This document shows, one piece after another, positions 9,420 through 19,460 of a stretch of DNA of 64,000 nt (positions are counted from its first letter, which is position 1; each line of letters begins with the position of its first letter). The notes below the pieces were generated by a model. It was not told the DNA's origin. It saw only the letters and a list, made by a program, of their open reading frames with translations, and made no database searches. The position numbers and the translations under genes were made by a program. Source of the DNA: a virus (Duplodnaviria; Caudoviricetes); the IMG/VR virus record IMGVR_UViG_3300030098_006079. One strand, given 5' to 3'.

Positions 9420-10702
9420 GGATTAGGGTTGTTCCATGCTCTTGGATTCCAAGAATTTAAAAAGTCAAAAGCTGGTGGATCTTGTTGTGGTCCAACTAAT
9501 TCATCAGGAAGTGGAGCTGGGCCAGCTGTAGGATCTTGTTGTGCTTGTGCTGGCTTAGAATCTGCAACATAACTTTGGACAGGATTGTTAATACTGTCAT
9601 ACATAAGATTTTTTGTCTCTGGTGTTAAGCTCTTCAGAGTTAACTGTACATTATAACCTTCCGGTATAATTACTTCAGACATTGGCTCTCCCGCACCAAC
9701 AATCATTTTAATTGGTCTTCTTGCTCCTATAAACTCAACACTAATATTCGCTAAGTAACTCCATCTATAACTAAACACTCCAGGCACGGATGCTTGATAT
9801 ATAACTGGCGGTGTAAGAGATGTTCTATTAATTCTATTAGGTAAGTTTTGATATAACAACAAGTAAATAAATCTATAATGTTTTAACGCATCAGACTGAT
9901 TATCTATACGTGTATTGTCAAGAAAGAAATTAACGTTATGACTTGGACCATCATCAGGGTATGTAAATGTTTTAGCAAAATCAATACCTACTCCTGTTGA
10001 ATAAGCACTCGCTAAACTTTGTAGTTGTTGTAACGGTTTAGTTGTTATAGCGCCTTTAAGAGCTGAATCATCTGTTCCCCAGGAATTAGCAATTGACTTT
10101 ACCTGATTATCTAAATATGGCAATCTGTAAATAAAGTTCGTTTGTTTTACCCCATATAATCTTTCATAATCTTTTAAGTAAGCTGGAAAATTAAATTGTT
10201 GTGCACCTGTTATAGTGCTGTTAAAATTCCTGAGAGCGTCTCCTAAAGCTTTTGTACCTTCATCAACATTGTTAACAAAACCTTTAAACACTGCACCTAC
10301 ATCTAACGGACCATCACCTATTAAATTAGCTAAATCATTTGCTAGATTAGTTACTCCTGTACCTTGATCATTTGATAATGTATCAAATAATAATTGTAAG
10401 TTTGTATAAAATGCCGGTACTACAACTTGTAATTCTCTTAATGTTAAGACTGGCACACCTTTTCGCGCACGTGTATTACTTTTAGTTTTAGTCCATCTAA
10501 AGTCTTTTGCCACATTTATATCTCCAATTTTACCTAATGGAGCTGGAATACGAGCAGCAGTAGCTGAAAACTGACCTTGATTGTATGCTTTTTGAACAGG
10601 TTCGATACCCGACGACGCGGAGCTAGCGCCTCCAACATTAGGGCATGTTGGTTCAATAAATTTGAACAAATAGTTTGAAACTGCTTTTTGTATACCAATC
10701 AT
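9416..10702 (-). CDS. Baseplate tail-tube cap (gp48-like)
   Basis: Tube-fold features (LTPPVIYQASVPG, YLANISVEFIG, VQLTLKSL); lies between tape-measure candidate and gp53. Confidence 0.55.
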   Translation of the reverse strand: MIGIQKAVSNYLFKFIEPTCPNVGGASSASSGIEPVQKAYNQGQFSATAARIPAPLGKIGDINVAKDFRWTKTKSNTRARKGVPVLTLRELQVVVPAFYTNLQLLFDTLSNDQGTGVTNLANDLANLIGDGPLDVGAVFKGFVNNVDEGTKALGDALRNFNSTITGAQQFNFPAYLKDYERLYGVKQTNFIYRLPYLDNQVKSIANSWGTDDSALKGAITTKPLQQLQSLASAYSTGVGIDFAKTFTYPDDGPSHNVNFFLDNTRIDNQSDALKHYRFIYLLLYQNLPNRINRTSLTPPVIYQASVPGVFSYRWSYLANISVEFIGARRPIKMIVGAGEPMSEVIIPEGYNVQLTLKSLTPETKNLMYDSINNPVQSYVADSKPAQAQQDPTAGPAPLPDELVGPQQDPPAFDFLNSWNPRAWNNPNP

Positions 10703-10713
10703 CGTTTAATTAT

Positions 10714-12447
10714 TTAATTGTCTTTACCACTGTACTTATCAGATTGAGGTGCTGGTTCTTGTGTTATATTAATTGTAGGTCCTCCAATCATCTGAACAGC
10801 GGGCCCGGGAGCTTTATCAGCTCCTTGATAGTATGGGTTAGACGGATCATTAAATTGTCTTAATTTTTCTAATTGATTAATTTCATTTTGATCTAATTTC
10901 TCATTAGCGTCTAGCTTTTGTATTAAATCCATCATTTCTTGCTGTTCCGCCTTTTGTAGATTTATTTCATTTTGCCGGCTGATCTCCTCTTTCTGTTTGG
11001 CCTTTTCTGGGTTGAGAACTTTATCTCCACCTAGCATGTTATAGATATCTGCGTGCATCCTAGCTATCATACTATACGGTAATTTTTGCAAATCAGCTTT
11101 AGTAATTGGTTCTCCAGTATTAGACGTCCATTTTACTATATCATTTATTTTATTATTTTTAATCTCTACTGCTTTTTTCCAATTTTCATACTCCTTTAAC
11201 TCTGCAGCAGTTGGTTGTATAGTAGTACCCATACCACCTGGAGCATATGACCCTACATACCTAGCTTTAGGTTTAGTCATTTTTTTATCAGCAAGATCAG
11301 TTTTATAATCTCCTGCAGCCCATTCAGCTAGATTTTCCCCCATCATAGCACTAAAGTATGCTGGACTGCTTATTGCTGTTATTGCTTTCCAAACTGGACT
11401 ACTTTCATCGAACTGCTTTCTATATGCTTCTAGTTTTTCTCCACCACCAGAAGACATTATATCGATTGCATCAGAAACAGTAAGTCCTGCTTCAAGTAAT
11501 ATCCCTATAGGGCCGAGAGCTTTTGACATACCTCGTAAACCTGTTTTTACACCCGCTTTAGCTGCCTTACCAGTTTTTTTAGCCGCCTCAACTACCTTCT
11601 TAGTATTTGAAACTTTTGGAGCTGCTGTTTTAGATGGTCCTCCGGGTGTTAATTTTTTAGGTCGTTGCTTTATAGCATCGTCAATATTTTGCGTACCACC
11701 TCTTGTTTCGATCATCTTTCCCTTTGGAGAATCTACATCGATTTTTTTTCCTGTACTCGACTCAACTTGAAGTTTGCCTTTTGCATCCCTACTATACACA
11801 AGTGGTTTTTTAGTAGGGGTTTTAGCTTTTGGGGTAGTAGGTTTAGGAGTAGGTTTAGGAGTAGTAGGGGCTTTTCCAGGGAAAAATCTTTTTCTTATTT
11901 GATTAAGTTTGTATGCTCCATAAGCACCAACAGGTCCGAAAAATCTTGGATCAGAAACTATATTTCCCAATTGCCCAAAAATCTTATCAAGGCCTTTAGT
12001 AAGAGAATCTCCAAATATACCTGTTAACCCTACTAATCCTGGTAATACCCAACCATCAATTTTTTCAGCTAAAGTACTAGCAGGAGCCTTAATTGATTTT
12101 TTTATTAACTCTTTTCGTTTTTCTTTTCGAAAGTTTTTATCTGCATCTACTGTAGTACCAGATAATCTCTTTTTTCCACCTTTATCAGCATCTTTAGTTG
12201 TACCTGTTAGTTTTTCTTTTTTAGTAGACTTCTTTGACTTCTTTGGTGTATCTTTTTTTACAAGGCTATCGATTTTTTTTATTAATAGGCTCGTCTCAGT
12301 TAATTGCTCTTTTGAATTATCTTGAATTTGCTGCAGAGCTGCTAAGCTATCTTTACGGTATACTTCCGTAGTATCTTTCGAAGGTATACCCATCGGGTTG
12401 GGATTCCGCTGCAACTGTTGTAGCAGGTTCATAGCATCGTTCGGCAT
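10714..12447 (-). CDS. Probable tape measure/hub protein (gp29-like)
   Basis: 577 aa, K/P/T-rich linkers, amphipathic G/A-rich segment (KALGPIGILLEAGL); synteny. Confidence 0.5.
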   Translation of the reverse strand: MPNDAMNLLQQLQRNPNPMGIPSKDTTEVYRKDSLAALQQIQDNSKEQLTETSLLIKKIDSLVKKDTPKKSKKSTKKEKLTGTTKDADKGGKKRLSGTTVDADKNFRKEKRKELIKKSIKAPASTLAEKIDGWVLPGLVGLTGIFGDSLTKGLDKIFGQLGNIVSDPRFFGPVGAYGAYKLNQIRKRFFPGKAPTTPKPTPKPTTPKAKTPTKKPLVYSRDAKGKLQVESSTGKKIDVDSPKGKMIETRGGTQNIDDAIKQRPKKLTPGGPSKTAAPKVSNTKKVVEAAKKTGKAAKAGVKTGLRGMSKALGPIGILLEAGLTVSDAIDIMSSGGGEKLEAYRKQFDESSPVWKAITAISSPAYFSAMMGENLAEWAAGDYKTDLADKKMTKPKARYVGSYAPGGMGTTIQPTAAELKEYENWKKAVEIKNNKINDIVKWTSNTGEPITKADLQKLPYSMIARMHADIYNMLGGDKVLNPEKAKQKEEISRQNEINLQKAEQQEMMDLIQKLDANEKLDQNEINQLEKLRQFNDPSNPYYQGADKAPGPAVQMIGGPTINITQEPAPQSDKYSGKDN

Positions 12448-12461
12448 ATGTAATTATTTAA

Positions 12462-13109
12462 TTACAAATCAATAAAGAACGAAAAATCTGCTTCTAATGT
12501 TCTGAGGTCAGATATCTTATCTAATGTAGAATTTACACTATCTGAAAGCTTTTGTAAGGCTGGTAAGTCAAATAACAGATATATTTGATATAATTCTTCT
12601 ACCGTAATATCAGTTGTTTTGTGCTCAGTACTATTAAAGGTAATAGATTCTACAAACCTAAAATTATCAAAAAATGATAAATCAATATTATCTTTTTCTT
12701 CCTTAGTAAGGAGATATTCTAACAATAAATTTTCTGTTGCAACACTTGGCTGTTGTAACTTTATAGTTACGTCGATATCATTTATTAATACAGTATTAGT
12801 ATTATCAAAATTTATATTTTTAAATTCAGGTATGTTATCTTCTTTTGCTTCACTAAACTCCTGTACCCATTTGTTTAATACAAATAACTTATCGAGATAT
12901 TTTATCTCTGGATATATACTTAACAGGTAGTTATTAACAAATTGTATATACTTTAGACCAAGAGTTGTCGGATCATTATCTTCGTCAAAATGCGCAAGTA
13001 AACTACGTTGAAAATCTACATTTAATCTTTGTATAGATACATTTTTACCACTTGGTAAAGTAGTTTCCATAACGCACAATTTCTTAAAATTATTGAGAAG
13101 CTCGCTCAT
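12462..13109 (-). CDS. Baseplate hub assembly protein (gp26-like)
   Basis: TTLPSGKNVSIQRLNVDFQRSLL resembles the gp26 N-terminal LPSxGK motif; synteny. Confidence 0.45.
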   Translation of the reverse strand: MSELLNNFKKLCVMETTLPSGKNVSIQRLNVDFQRSLLAHFDEDNDPTTLGLKYIQFVNNYLLSIYPEIKYLDKLFVLNKWVQEFSEAKEDNIPEFKNINFDNTNTVLINDIDVTIKLQQPSVATENLLLEYLLTKEEKDNIDLSFFDNFRFVESITFNSTEHKTTDITVEELYQIYLLFDLPALQKLSDSVNSTLDKISDLRTLEADFSFFIDL

Positions 13110-13758
13110 CTTTAGTCATTTTGTTCATTACCTTAACATAATCTTTGTATTGATTATATGTAATGTCATTAAAATCTGCTCTTGTAAAATTAAAGTTTTT
13201 TATAAGGAATACTTGGTCTCTTAATAATGCTTCATAGCTGTAAACAAAAGCAAAGTATATTATATTAATAATTATCTGTTGATTGTATATAAATCTACTA
13301 TTATAATTTTCATTTATATAGTAAACGTATGTATCGTTTAGTTTCTGTATAAATGGTGAGGTGTGTTTTTTAATTTTGCGTATAAATGAAAGTGGTATAT
13401 GTTTATAATCCTTTTCAGTTATTTTTTCCCCGTCTATTTCTTTTAAAAACGAACCTGTATTATAGTTATCCATATCTGGATATCCTATTGTTACATTATG
13501 TCCGTCAACAATATGAGTAGAAATAGAATCAGTAGGGAGATTTTTGAGGAAGTTTTCTTTATATATGATAAGCTCTCTATCTTTATAATTTAGATTAATA
13601 GAGTCAGTTTCTGTAATATACTTTAAAGATTTGACTTTGTTAAGAAATTTAATTAACCCTTTTTCATTTATTTTATTTTGTACGTACTGTAATAATTCGT
13701 CGTACATTTTATTTGTATGAAGAAAAGATATTTGAATTAAATCATTATAACTTATCAT
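13090..13758 (-). CDS. Baseplate assembly chaperone (gp51-like C-terminus)
   Basis: C-terminal LLRDQVFLIKNFNFTRADFNDITY resembles gp51. Start re-called at ATG 13758, which overlaps the upstream stop (track start 13797). Confidence 0.4.
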   Translation of the reverse strand: MISYNDLIQISFLHTNKMYDELLQYVQNKINEKGLIKFLNKVKSLKYITETDSINLNYKDRELIIYKENFLKNLPTDSISTHIVDGHNVTIGYPDMDNYNTGSFLKEIDGEKITEKDYKHIPLSFIRKIKKHTSPFIQKLNDTYVYYINENYNSRFIYNQQIIINIIYFAFVYSYEALLRDQVFLIKNFNFTRADFNDITYNQYKDYVKVMNKMTKDERASQ

Positions 13759-14474
13759 GTATATGGAGTAATTACATCGTAACGTGAAAATCTCCATGTT
13801 ACAGTAACTGATCCAATATCTATATCACCATTATATTCTGCGACATTTGCTGTCTTTATGTTATATGGTATACAATCTTTGTACTTATAAATTTTACGTA
13901 CAACAGGGCTATCATCTCCCGGATTACCGAATAGAATAGAACTAAAAGAAGACTTACGAGTTGAAACTTGTTGTTTAGAAATGAAGTATACATCTACATC
14001 TGTCGTTAATACAGGGTTCTCCATGTTACCATACACACTATACATTTGAATCCATGGTCTAAATAAACCGTCGATTATACTAATGTTAGTTTCTTGAAAT
14101 TGTATATCTAGATCATTATCAGGATATTCTTTTTCATCCATAAACGGACCAACAGGTAGAAAACCAGGAGCTCCTCCTGCTTTACGATTACCTACTCTAT
14201 TAGTTTCGCTTGTTAAGTTTACTCCTGTGGAGAGAAACATATACCCATCAAAGAATTTTTTGAATACTTCTTTATTCTTGTTGAGACCAATATTGTTATT
14301 ATACGGTCTAATACCTAGCTCCTTTATACTATCTTCAGTAACAGCAGCAGGGTAATTCTTTATATTTACAAGGAAATAATTAGTAGCAGCAGGAAATGTG
14401 GCGAAGTCCTGTAATAATTCAAAGAATGACTGTCTCAGATTTTTCGCATCTGAGGATTGTAGTGCGACATCCAT
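13755..14474 (-). CDS. Tail tube-like baseplate initiator (gp54-like)
   Basis: LDIQFQETN, FRPWIQ, YKYKDCIPY, VTWRFSRY: gp19-fold paralog next to gp19. Confidence 0.65.
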   Translation of the reverse strand: MDVALQSSDAKNLRQSFFELLQDFATFPAATNYFLVNIKNYPAAVTEDSIKELGIRPYNNNIGLNKNKEVFKKFFDGYMFLSTGVNLTSETNRVGNRKAGGAPGFLPVGPFMDEKEYPDNDLDIQFQETNISIIDGLFRPWIQMYSVYGNMENPVLTTDVDVYFISKQQVSTRKSSFSSILFGNPGDDSPVVRKIYKYKDCIPYNIKTANVAEYNGDIDIGSVTVTWRFSRYDVITPYT

Positions 14475-14489
14475 TTGAATTATTTAGGT

Positions 14490-15083
14490 TCAGCCTCCTA
14501 TCGCAGCACCAGCTAACTTACCAATAGCATTAACTGCCGCGTTGAGCTCATTGTCTCTCCTAAAGAACTGATATGCTAATGTGATAGTAACTGTTGCAAC
14601 TTCTCCATCACCAGACATAGAGTAACTAATGTTACCGCAATCTGTTGGAAAAACTCCGCGTAATTTGTAAGTGCGGATTGGCTCAAGTTTAGTATCTAAT
14701 TGAACCAATGTAATAGTACTATTATCATGTAACAAACCATCTCCTACAGACGTTTCATCGTTAAACGTTTCTGTGATCCAATTTTCCATTGCAATGCGTG
14801 TTTGTGTAGTTGCATCGCAATAAAAATCGATTGTAAACGAGTCACTGTCTGTATAAGAGACTGTACCAGGGATACGGAAAGTAAAACCATTGTAAGGGAC
14901 TTCTTTCGTGGCGATCGTTTTACCAGGCAGAGTAGCGGCAGTTGCATAGACTAAATCGTCTTCTGTAAAAACCGGTACTCCCTTGTTAGAGACATCTAAT
15001 ACACGAAATTGGAAATCCCGTGCAAAGTCTCTAGTTTGAGCTACTTTGTAAAAGTCCTTAATAGTTTGTTTTATATCTGCCAT
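14490..15083 (-). CDS. gp19: Tail tube protein gp19
   Basis: ATLPGKTI...VPYNG...PG, QLD...YKLRGVFPT...LAYQFF; follows sheath. Confidence 0.9.
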   Translation of the reverse strand: MADIKQTIKDFYKVAQTRDFARDFQFRVLDVSNKGVPVFTEDDLVYATAATLPGKTIATKEVPYNGFTFRIPGTVSYTDSDSFTIDFYCDATTQTRIAMENWITETFNDETSVGDGLLHDNSTITLVQLDTKLEPIRTYKLRGVFPTDCGNISYSMSGDGEVATVTITLAYQFFRRDNELNAAVNAIGKLAGAAIGG

Positions 15084-15113
15084 GACGTTATAATTATTTA
15101 ATGTTTCTATCTA

Positions 15114-17765
15114 TTATTGGCCTGCTATCTCTTCAAAATTAACATCAGTGTTCACTGCGTAGAAGTTAACTAATATAAATTCCGCAGCACGTACTGGCTT
15201 CAAGTAGATGTCTACTCTCAACTCATTTTGATCAATAACACTACCAGGGTTATTCCTATCATCACAAACAATAAGGTAATCAAAAACACCTTCTGTTTGT
15301 TTTGCGTTTTCAAATATAGGCGTTAAAGTATTAACAACCTTATTTCTTGTTAAGAACGTATTTGGTTCAAATACGAAATACTTCAATGTTTGTCTTGTTC
15401 TCTTCTCGAGATCCAAGAACGTACGACGTACATTAACTCTGTCAAATGCAGTTGGTTTCTTTTGTAAGGTCTTTTGACCAAATACAATTGTACCTTCTGC
15501 AGGGAATTGAGTAATTGGATTAATTGCAATCCTATACAATTGATCTCTTTGACGCTGTGTCGGATTTAATGCAATATCATTAATACCTGTTACAACTCCT
15601 CTGTTGAAACCAGCTGGTGCAAACCAAGGAGCAAAATTAGCATCTGTCTGAGCGTACATTTTAGCAGCTACACCAGAGAATGGAATCCATACTTGCTTAC
15701 CGCTAATACCGTCATAGACTTTAGCCCAGTTAGCATACACAGTAGCAAAGTTACTATTAGTATTACCGAACTGATGGCGTAACGGCCAATAAACGTGTTT
15801 GCTAAAGAACTTATTCTTATCATCAAGCACCTTCTGATCAGCACCTTGAACCAACAATGGTCTGAAAACATCAGCAATAAAGATATGATCTTTTCTTGTT
15901 TGACGAGCAAAGGTTTCAAACCTATTGAAAATAGTTGTATAATTATCTCTATAATTTCTAGTAGCTGTATCAGTTATGTTTTCGTTTGTAGTAAAGAAAC
16001 CATCGACGTTTACATATGCTGTATCATCAAATGTTCCTCCACTCGCAATAGAATGTACTGTACCTAATCCAGCTTCGATCGCTACATCAATATTAAACAA
16101 ATCAACATTAGAAGCAATGTTAAATATTCTATCTAACTTATTAGGAATACTACCGATGTTTTTATCTGTAGTGGTGTTATTTTTATTTTGATAATTACCT
16201 AATGGGAATAAACCCTGGGTTGAGGAATAATTAGCCGATAACGGGAACACATTTGAAGAACTAGTATCTAATGTTACATCTTGTAACCAACCTTCTGCAA
16301 TCGCTGCATTACCAGGAAATCCTGTTGATGTAGCTGTACGAGTTGTGCGAACAAATTTTGTAGGAGCATCTCCGATATTTGATTGCCAATCACCAGCATG
16401 TTTACTAATGTGTGGATTAACAAGTACTTTAACATTAGGTGAATTATCTTCTACATCTCCAATAAAGAATGATGTTTTATTACCACCGTTTTCACTTTGT
16501 ACTGATCTGTATTCATTTAATGAACCAGTATAACCTTCAGCTAAGAAGTTTGTTAATTCAAGATCGCTATTTGCAAATGGTGTGTTACGTATCTTATAAA
16601 CACCAATATTAATTGTATCAATAAATGCTGCACCATCAATATCAAATTTACTTAACCGCTCTAATGAATGACTCACAGTGTCTTTATTTTGGTCGTTAGC
16701 AGAACTACCGGCACTTAATTCAAACCCAAGTCGATTACTTGGTATAGTTGGAAAGTCTGTCGCAGAAACAGAACCAGTTGAAGTTACTGTATAAATTTGT
16801 TGTACAGAATCATAAGCAGTTGCTTCGTTAATATTAACGTTATCAGTTACACCAACATAGTAACCTTCATATTCATTATTAATTTTTGACCCACCTGTAT
16901 TAAGAACAATAATACCGGCGCGCGCTAAACCAGTCGCATCTTGAGTTCCAGGAATACCGGCATCTGACCAGGAAATATTCTCCTGAAGTACATCATTATA
17001 CTCTGAATCAGTAAGTTCAAGCTGATAAGGATTACCTATAACATAATAACCAGCTCCACTTAAACTACTATATATACCGTCACTATCATTATCATTTGTA
17101 AAAATTTCACCACGAATAACTGTTTCTGCAGAAAGAGACGCTATTTCAGAACTACCATCAGCACCAAGGCTAAATAAGAGTTCACTGTTATTGGATGCCT
17201 GATCATCAGATAACATCGACCCTGATATTGATCTATAAATTGTTCTACCGTTACTGTCTTTCGACACAACTTCAATATAATGTTTATCAGTACCACTTGC
17301 AGCTGCAGCAAAAGATGTTCTCCAGGCAGTTGTACGAGCACCTTCATTATCACCGTTTAAGTTCAAAGAAATTTTAGCATATTCCCCATCCGCCGCGTCA
17401 GTATCAACCGAAACTGCAGAGAAGCTCGCTGTATTAAGTGGAGCAACTGGATATACTAATGCTGATTTCTTTTTCCCGTCAGTACCAGTAGTTGTACCAT
17501 ATGGTAATCTTGAGACATAAACATTGGCGTCGCTGTTAAAGACTTGGCGAGCAGAATGATAAAAATATCTCTCAGCGGCTGTGGTTGGTTTTCCGTAAAT
17601 TTCTTCGAATTCAGAAAAGCTGCCTACATTAAAAATTTCATCTGTAGGTCCTTGATTAGAGAAACCAGCGATAAATACACTTGTACCTACAGGGCCTGCA
17701 GCGCGCTGTGTCAAATCTATTTCTCTAATTTCTACACCAGGTGATTGGATTGTTCTTCTACTCAT
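15114..17765 (-). CDS. gp18: Tail sheath protein gp18
   Basis: SPGVEIREIDLT N-terminus; WFAPAGFNRG, FDRVNVRR, FEPN, KPVRAAEFI. Confidence 0.95.
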   Translation of the reverse strand: MSRRTIQSPGVEIREIDLTQRAAGPVGTSVFIAGFSNQGPTDEIFNVGSFSEFEEIYGKPTTAAERYFYHSARQVFNSDANVYVSRLPYGTTTGTDGKKKSALVYPVAPLNTASFSAVSVDTDAADGEYAKISLNLNGDNEGARTTAWRTSFAAAASGTDKHYIEVVSKDSNGRTIYRSISGSMLSDDQASNNSELLFSLGADGSSEIASLSAETVIRGEIFTNDNDSDGIYSSLSGAGYYVIGNPYQLELTDSEYNDVLQENISWSDAGIPGTQDATGLARAGIIVLNTGGSKINNEYEGYYVGVTDNVNINEATAYDSVQQIYTVTSTGSVSATDFPTIPSNRLGFELSAGSSANDQNKDTVSHSLERLSKFDIDGAAFIDTINIGVYKIRNTPFANSDLELTNFLAEGYTGSLNEYRSVQSENGGNKTSFFIGDVEDNSPNVKVLVNPHISKHAGDWQSNIGDAPTKFVRTTRTATSTGFPGNAAIAEGWLQDVTLDTSSSNVFPLSANYSSTQGLFPLGNYQNKNNTTTDKNIGSIPNKLDRIFNIASNVDLFNIDVAIEAGLGTVHSIASGGTFDDTAYVNVDGFFTTNENITDTATRNYRDNYTTIFNRFETFARQTRKDHIFIADVFRPLLVQGADQKVLDDKNKFFSKHVYWPLRHQFGNTNSNFATVYANWAKVYDGISGKQVWIPFSGVAAKMYAQTDANFAPWFAPAGFNRGVVTGINDIALNPTQRQRDQLYRIAINPITQFPAEGTIVFGQKTLQKKPTAFDRVNVRRTFLDLEKRTRQTLKYFVFEPNTFLTRNKVVNTLTPIFENAKQTEGVFDYLIVCDDRNNPGSVIDQNELRVDIYLKPVRAAEFILVNFYAVNTDVNFEEIAGQ

Positions 17766-17846
17766 AGTTAACCTTTAAAATTATTTATTGTATCTCAGCC
17801 CAATAAATTAGTTGATTTCGCAAAATAGACACTATAATATAAATAT

Positions 17847-18725
17847 ATGAAAGGTATAATTCTAGCTGGTGGTACTGGGTCACGAGTTTACCCATCAACT
17901 AAAGTTGTGTCAAAACAACTTCTTCCTGTTTATGATAAGCCTACAATTTATTATCCGCTTTCTACTTTAATAAAACTAGGGATAAAAGATGTAATGATTA
18001 TCACGAACGGTGCAGCATATCCGCATCTACTTTCTTTGTTTAAACAAGAAGACGGAAAGAGTAAGCCATATCTTGGAATTAATTTTACTTTCAAAATTCA
18101 ATCAGCTCCAAAAGGTATTGCAGAGGCTCTTATTATAGCTGAAGAGTGGCAAGGAGATGATGATGTATGTCTAATTCTAGGAGATAATATTTTTACAGGT
18201 ATAGAACCTTTTTATTGGTCAAAAAATTGTGGAGCGCATGTTGTGGGTTATAGAGTATCTAATCCTTGTGACTACGGGGTAATAGAGACAAATGATGTAG
18301 ATGGACGTAAAGCTGTCAAATCTATAGAAGAAAAGCCCATGGATCCAAAAAGTAATATTGCAGCGACTGGAATTTATTTTTATGATAAGACCGCTGGAAA
18401 AAGAGCTAGAAATCTTACACCATCTGCTAGAGGGGAATTAGAAATTACCGACCTAAATAAAAGTTATTTAAGCGATAACTTGTTGTGCTACAGTGAGTTA
18501 GATAGTAACTACGCTTGGTTTGACACTGGAAATCCAGACGATTTATTTGCAGCTTCTATGTATGTAAAGTCTATTCAAGATAGAACTCAAACTATGATTG
18601 GTTGTATAGAAGGAGAATCTTACAAGCAAGGGTTTATTACAGAAGAAGAATTTCTCATAATAAAAGACAAAATGCCTCAGTGTAGTTATAAGACAAATAT
18701 GGTAATGAGTTATTGTTTTGATTAG
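17847..18725 (+). CDS. rmlA: Glucose-1-phosphate thymidylyltransferase
   Basis: GIILAGGTGSRVYP, KQLLPVYDKP, LILGDNIF, EEKP, RGELEITD, WFDTG. Confidence 0.95.
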   Translation: MKGIILAGGTGSRVYPSTKVVSKQLLPVYDKPTIYYPLSTLIKLGIKDVMIITNGAAYPHLLSLFKQEDGKSKPYLGINFTFKIQSAPKGIAEALIIAEEWQGDDDVCLILGDNIFTGIEPFYWSKNCGAHVVGYRVSNPCDYGVIETNDVDGRKAVKSIEEKPMDPKSNIAATGIYFYDKTAGKRARNLTPSARGELEITDLNKSYLSDNLLCYSELDSNYAWFDTGNPDDLFAASMYVKSIQDRTQTMIGCIEGESYKQGFITEEEFLIIKDKMPQCSYKTNMVMSYCFD

Positions 18726-19444
18726 TGATGGAGTTAATTGATTTTGTAATCATCGGACCGTCGAGATCTGGTTCAAGTCTTTTATGCTCTATGTTAGACT
18801 TACACCCTAATATACATTGTCAATTAGAGCATTTCTACAGACCTAAGTATGAGGAATATGTACAGACATATAAAACAGAAGATTCAGTTGAGATATATAA
18901 TCAAATAGCAAAAGAATGGAATAAAACAAAGGAGCTTCCTTCAAACCCTTTAACAGGTTTTAAATTTTTATTCAATAACCATCGACCAGAAACAGAAAGA
19001 CTATACAGAAAACTTTTAAGAAATAATGAAATAAAAAAAATTCTTATCACTAGGAACCCGTTGGAGAGATATATTTCAAATAAGATTGGCGCAGTCGCGA
19101 CAGTGGAGAGTAAAAACTGGTTAGGTACAAAACTACATGGTACAAAAATGAGATTTGATCAAAAGGGATTTCTTAATTTTTTAAAAAAGGATAATTTAGC
19201 TTATGATTATGCATTGAGGACTGTACAAGGACCATTACTTACAATTGACTATACAGACACAACCAACACGACCGCTTTTAAAGATATTTATAATTTTTTA
19301 AATATACCGGATAATCCTACAACACTACTCGATTGGGGAGGATCAACGAAACAAAATTATACACAAATGTCTTATAAGGTGGAGAATTTTACAGAGATGG
19401 TAGAGTATCTCAGAATAACCCCATATAAAAAATGGTTAGTATAA
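18725..19444 (+). CDS. Sulfotransferase (Stf0/Sulfotransfer_3-like)
   Basis: PAPS loop GPSRSGSSLL, HPNI, GFKFL, ITRNPLERYIS. Confidence 0.75.
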   Translation: MMELIDFVIIGPSRSGSSLLCSMLDLHPNIHCQLEHFYRPKYEEYVQTYKTEDSVEIYNQIAKEWNKTKELPSNPLTGFKFLFNNHRPETERLYRKLLRNNEIKKILITRNPLERYISNKIGAVATVESKNWLGTKLHGTKMRFDQKGFLNFLKKDNLAYDYALRTVQGPLLTIDYTDTTNTTAFKDIYNFLNIPDNPTTLLDWGGSTKQNYTQMSYKVENFTEMVEYLRITPYKKWLV

Positions 19445-19460
19445 TTATATAAATAATAAT

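Noticed and set aside
11837-11860. 12-bp tandem repeat GTAGGTTTAGGA x2
   Set aside because: Encodes the PKPT linker of the tape-measure candidate; not a CRISPR or regulatory array.
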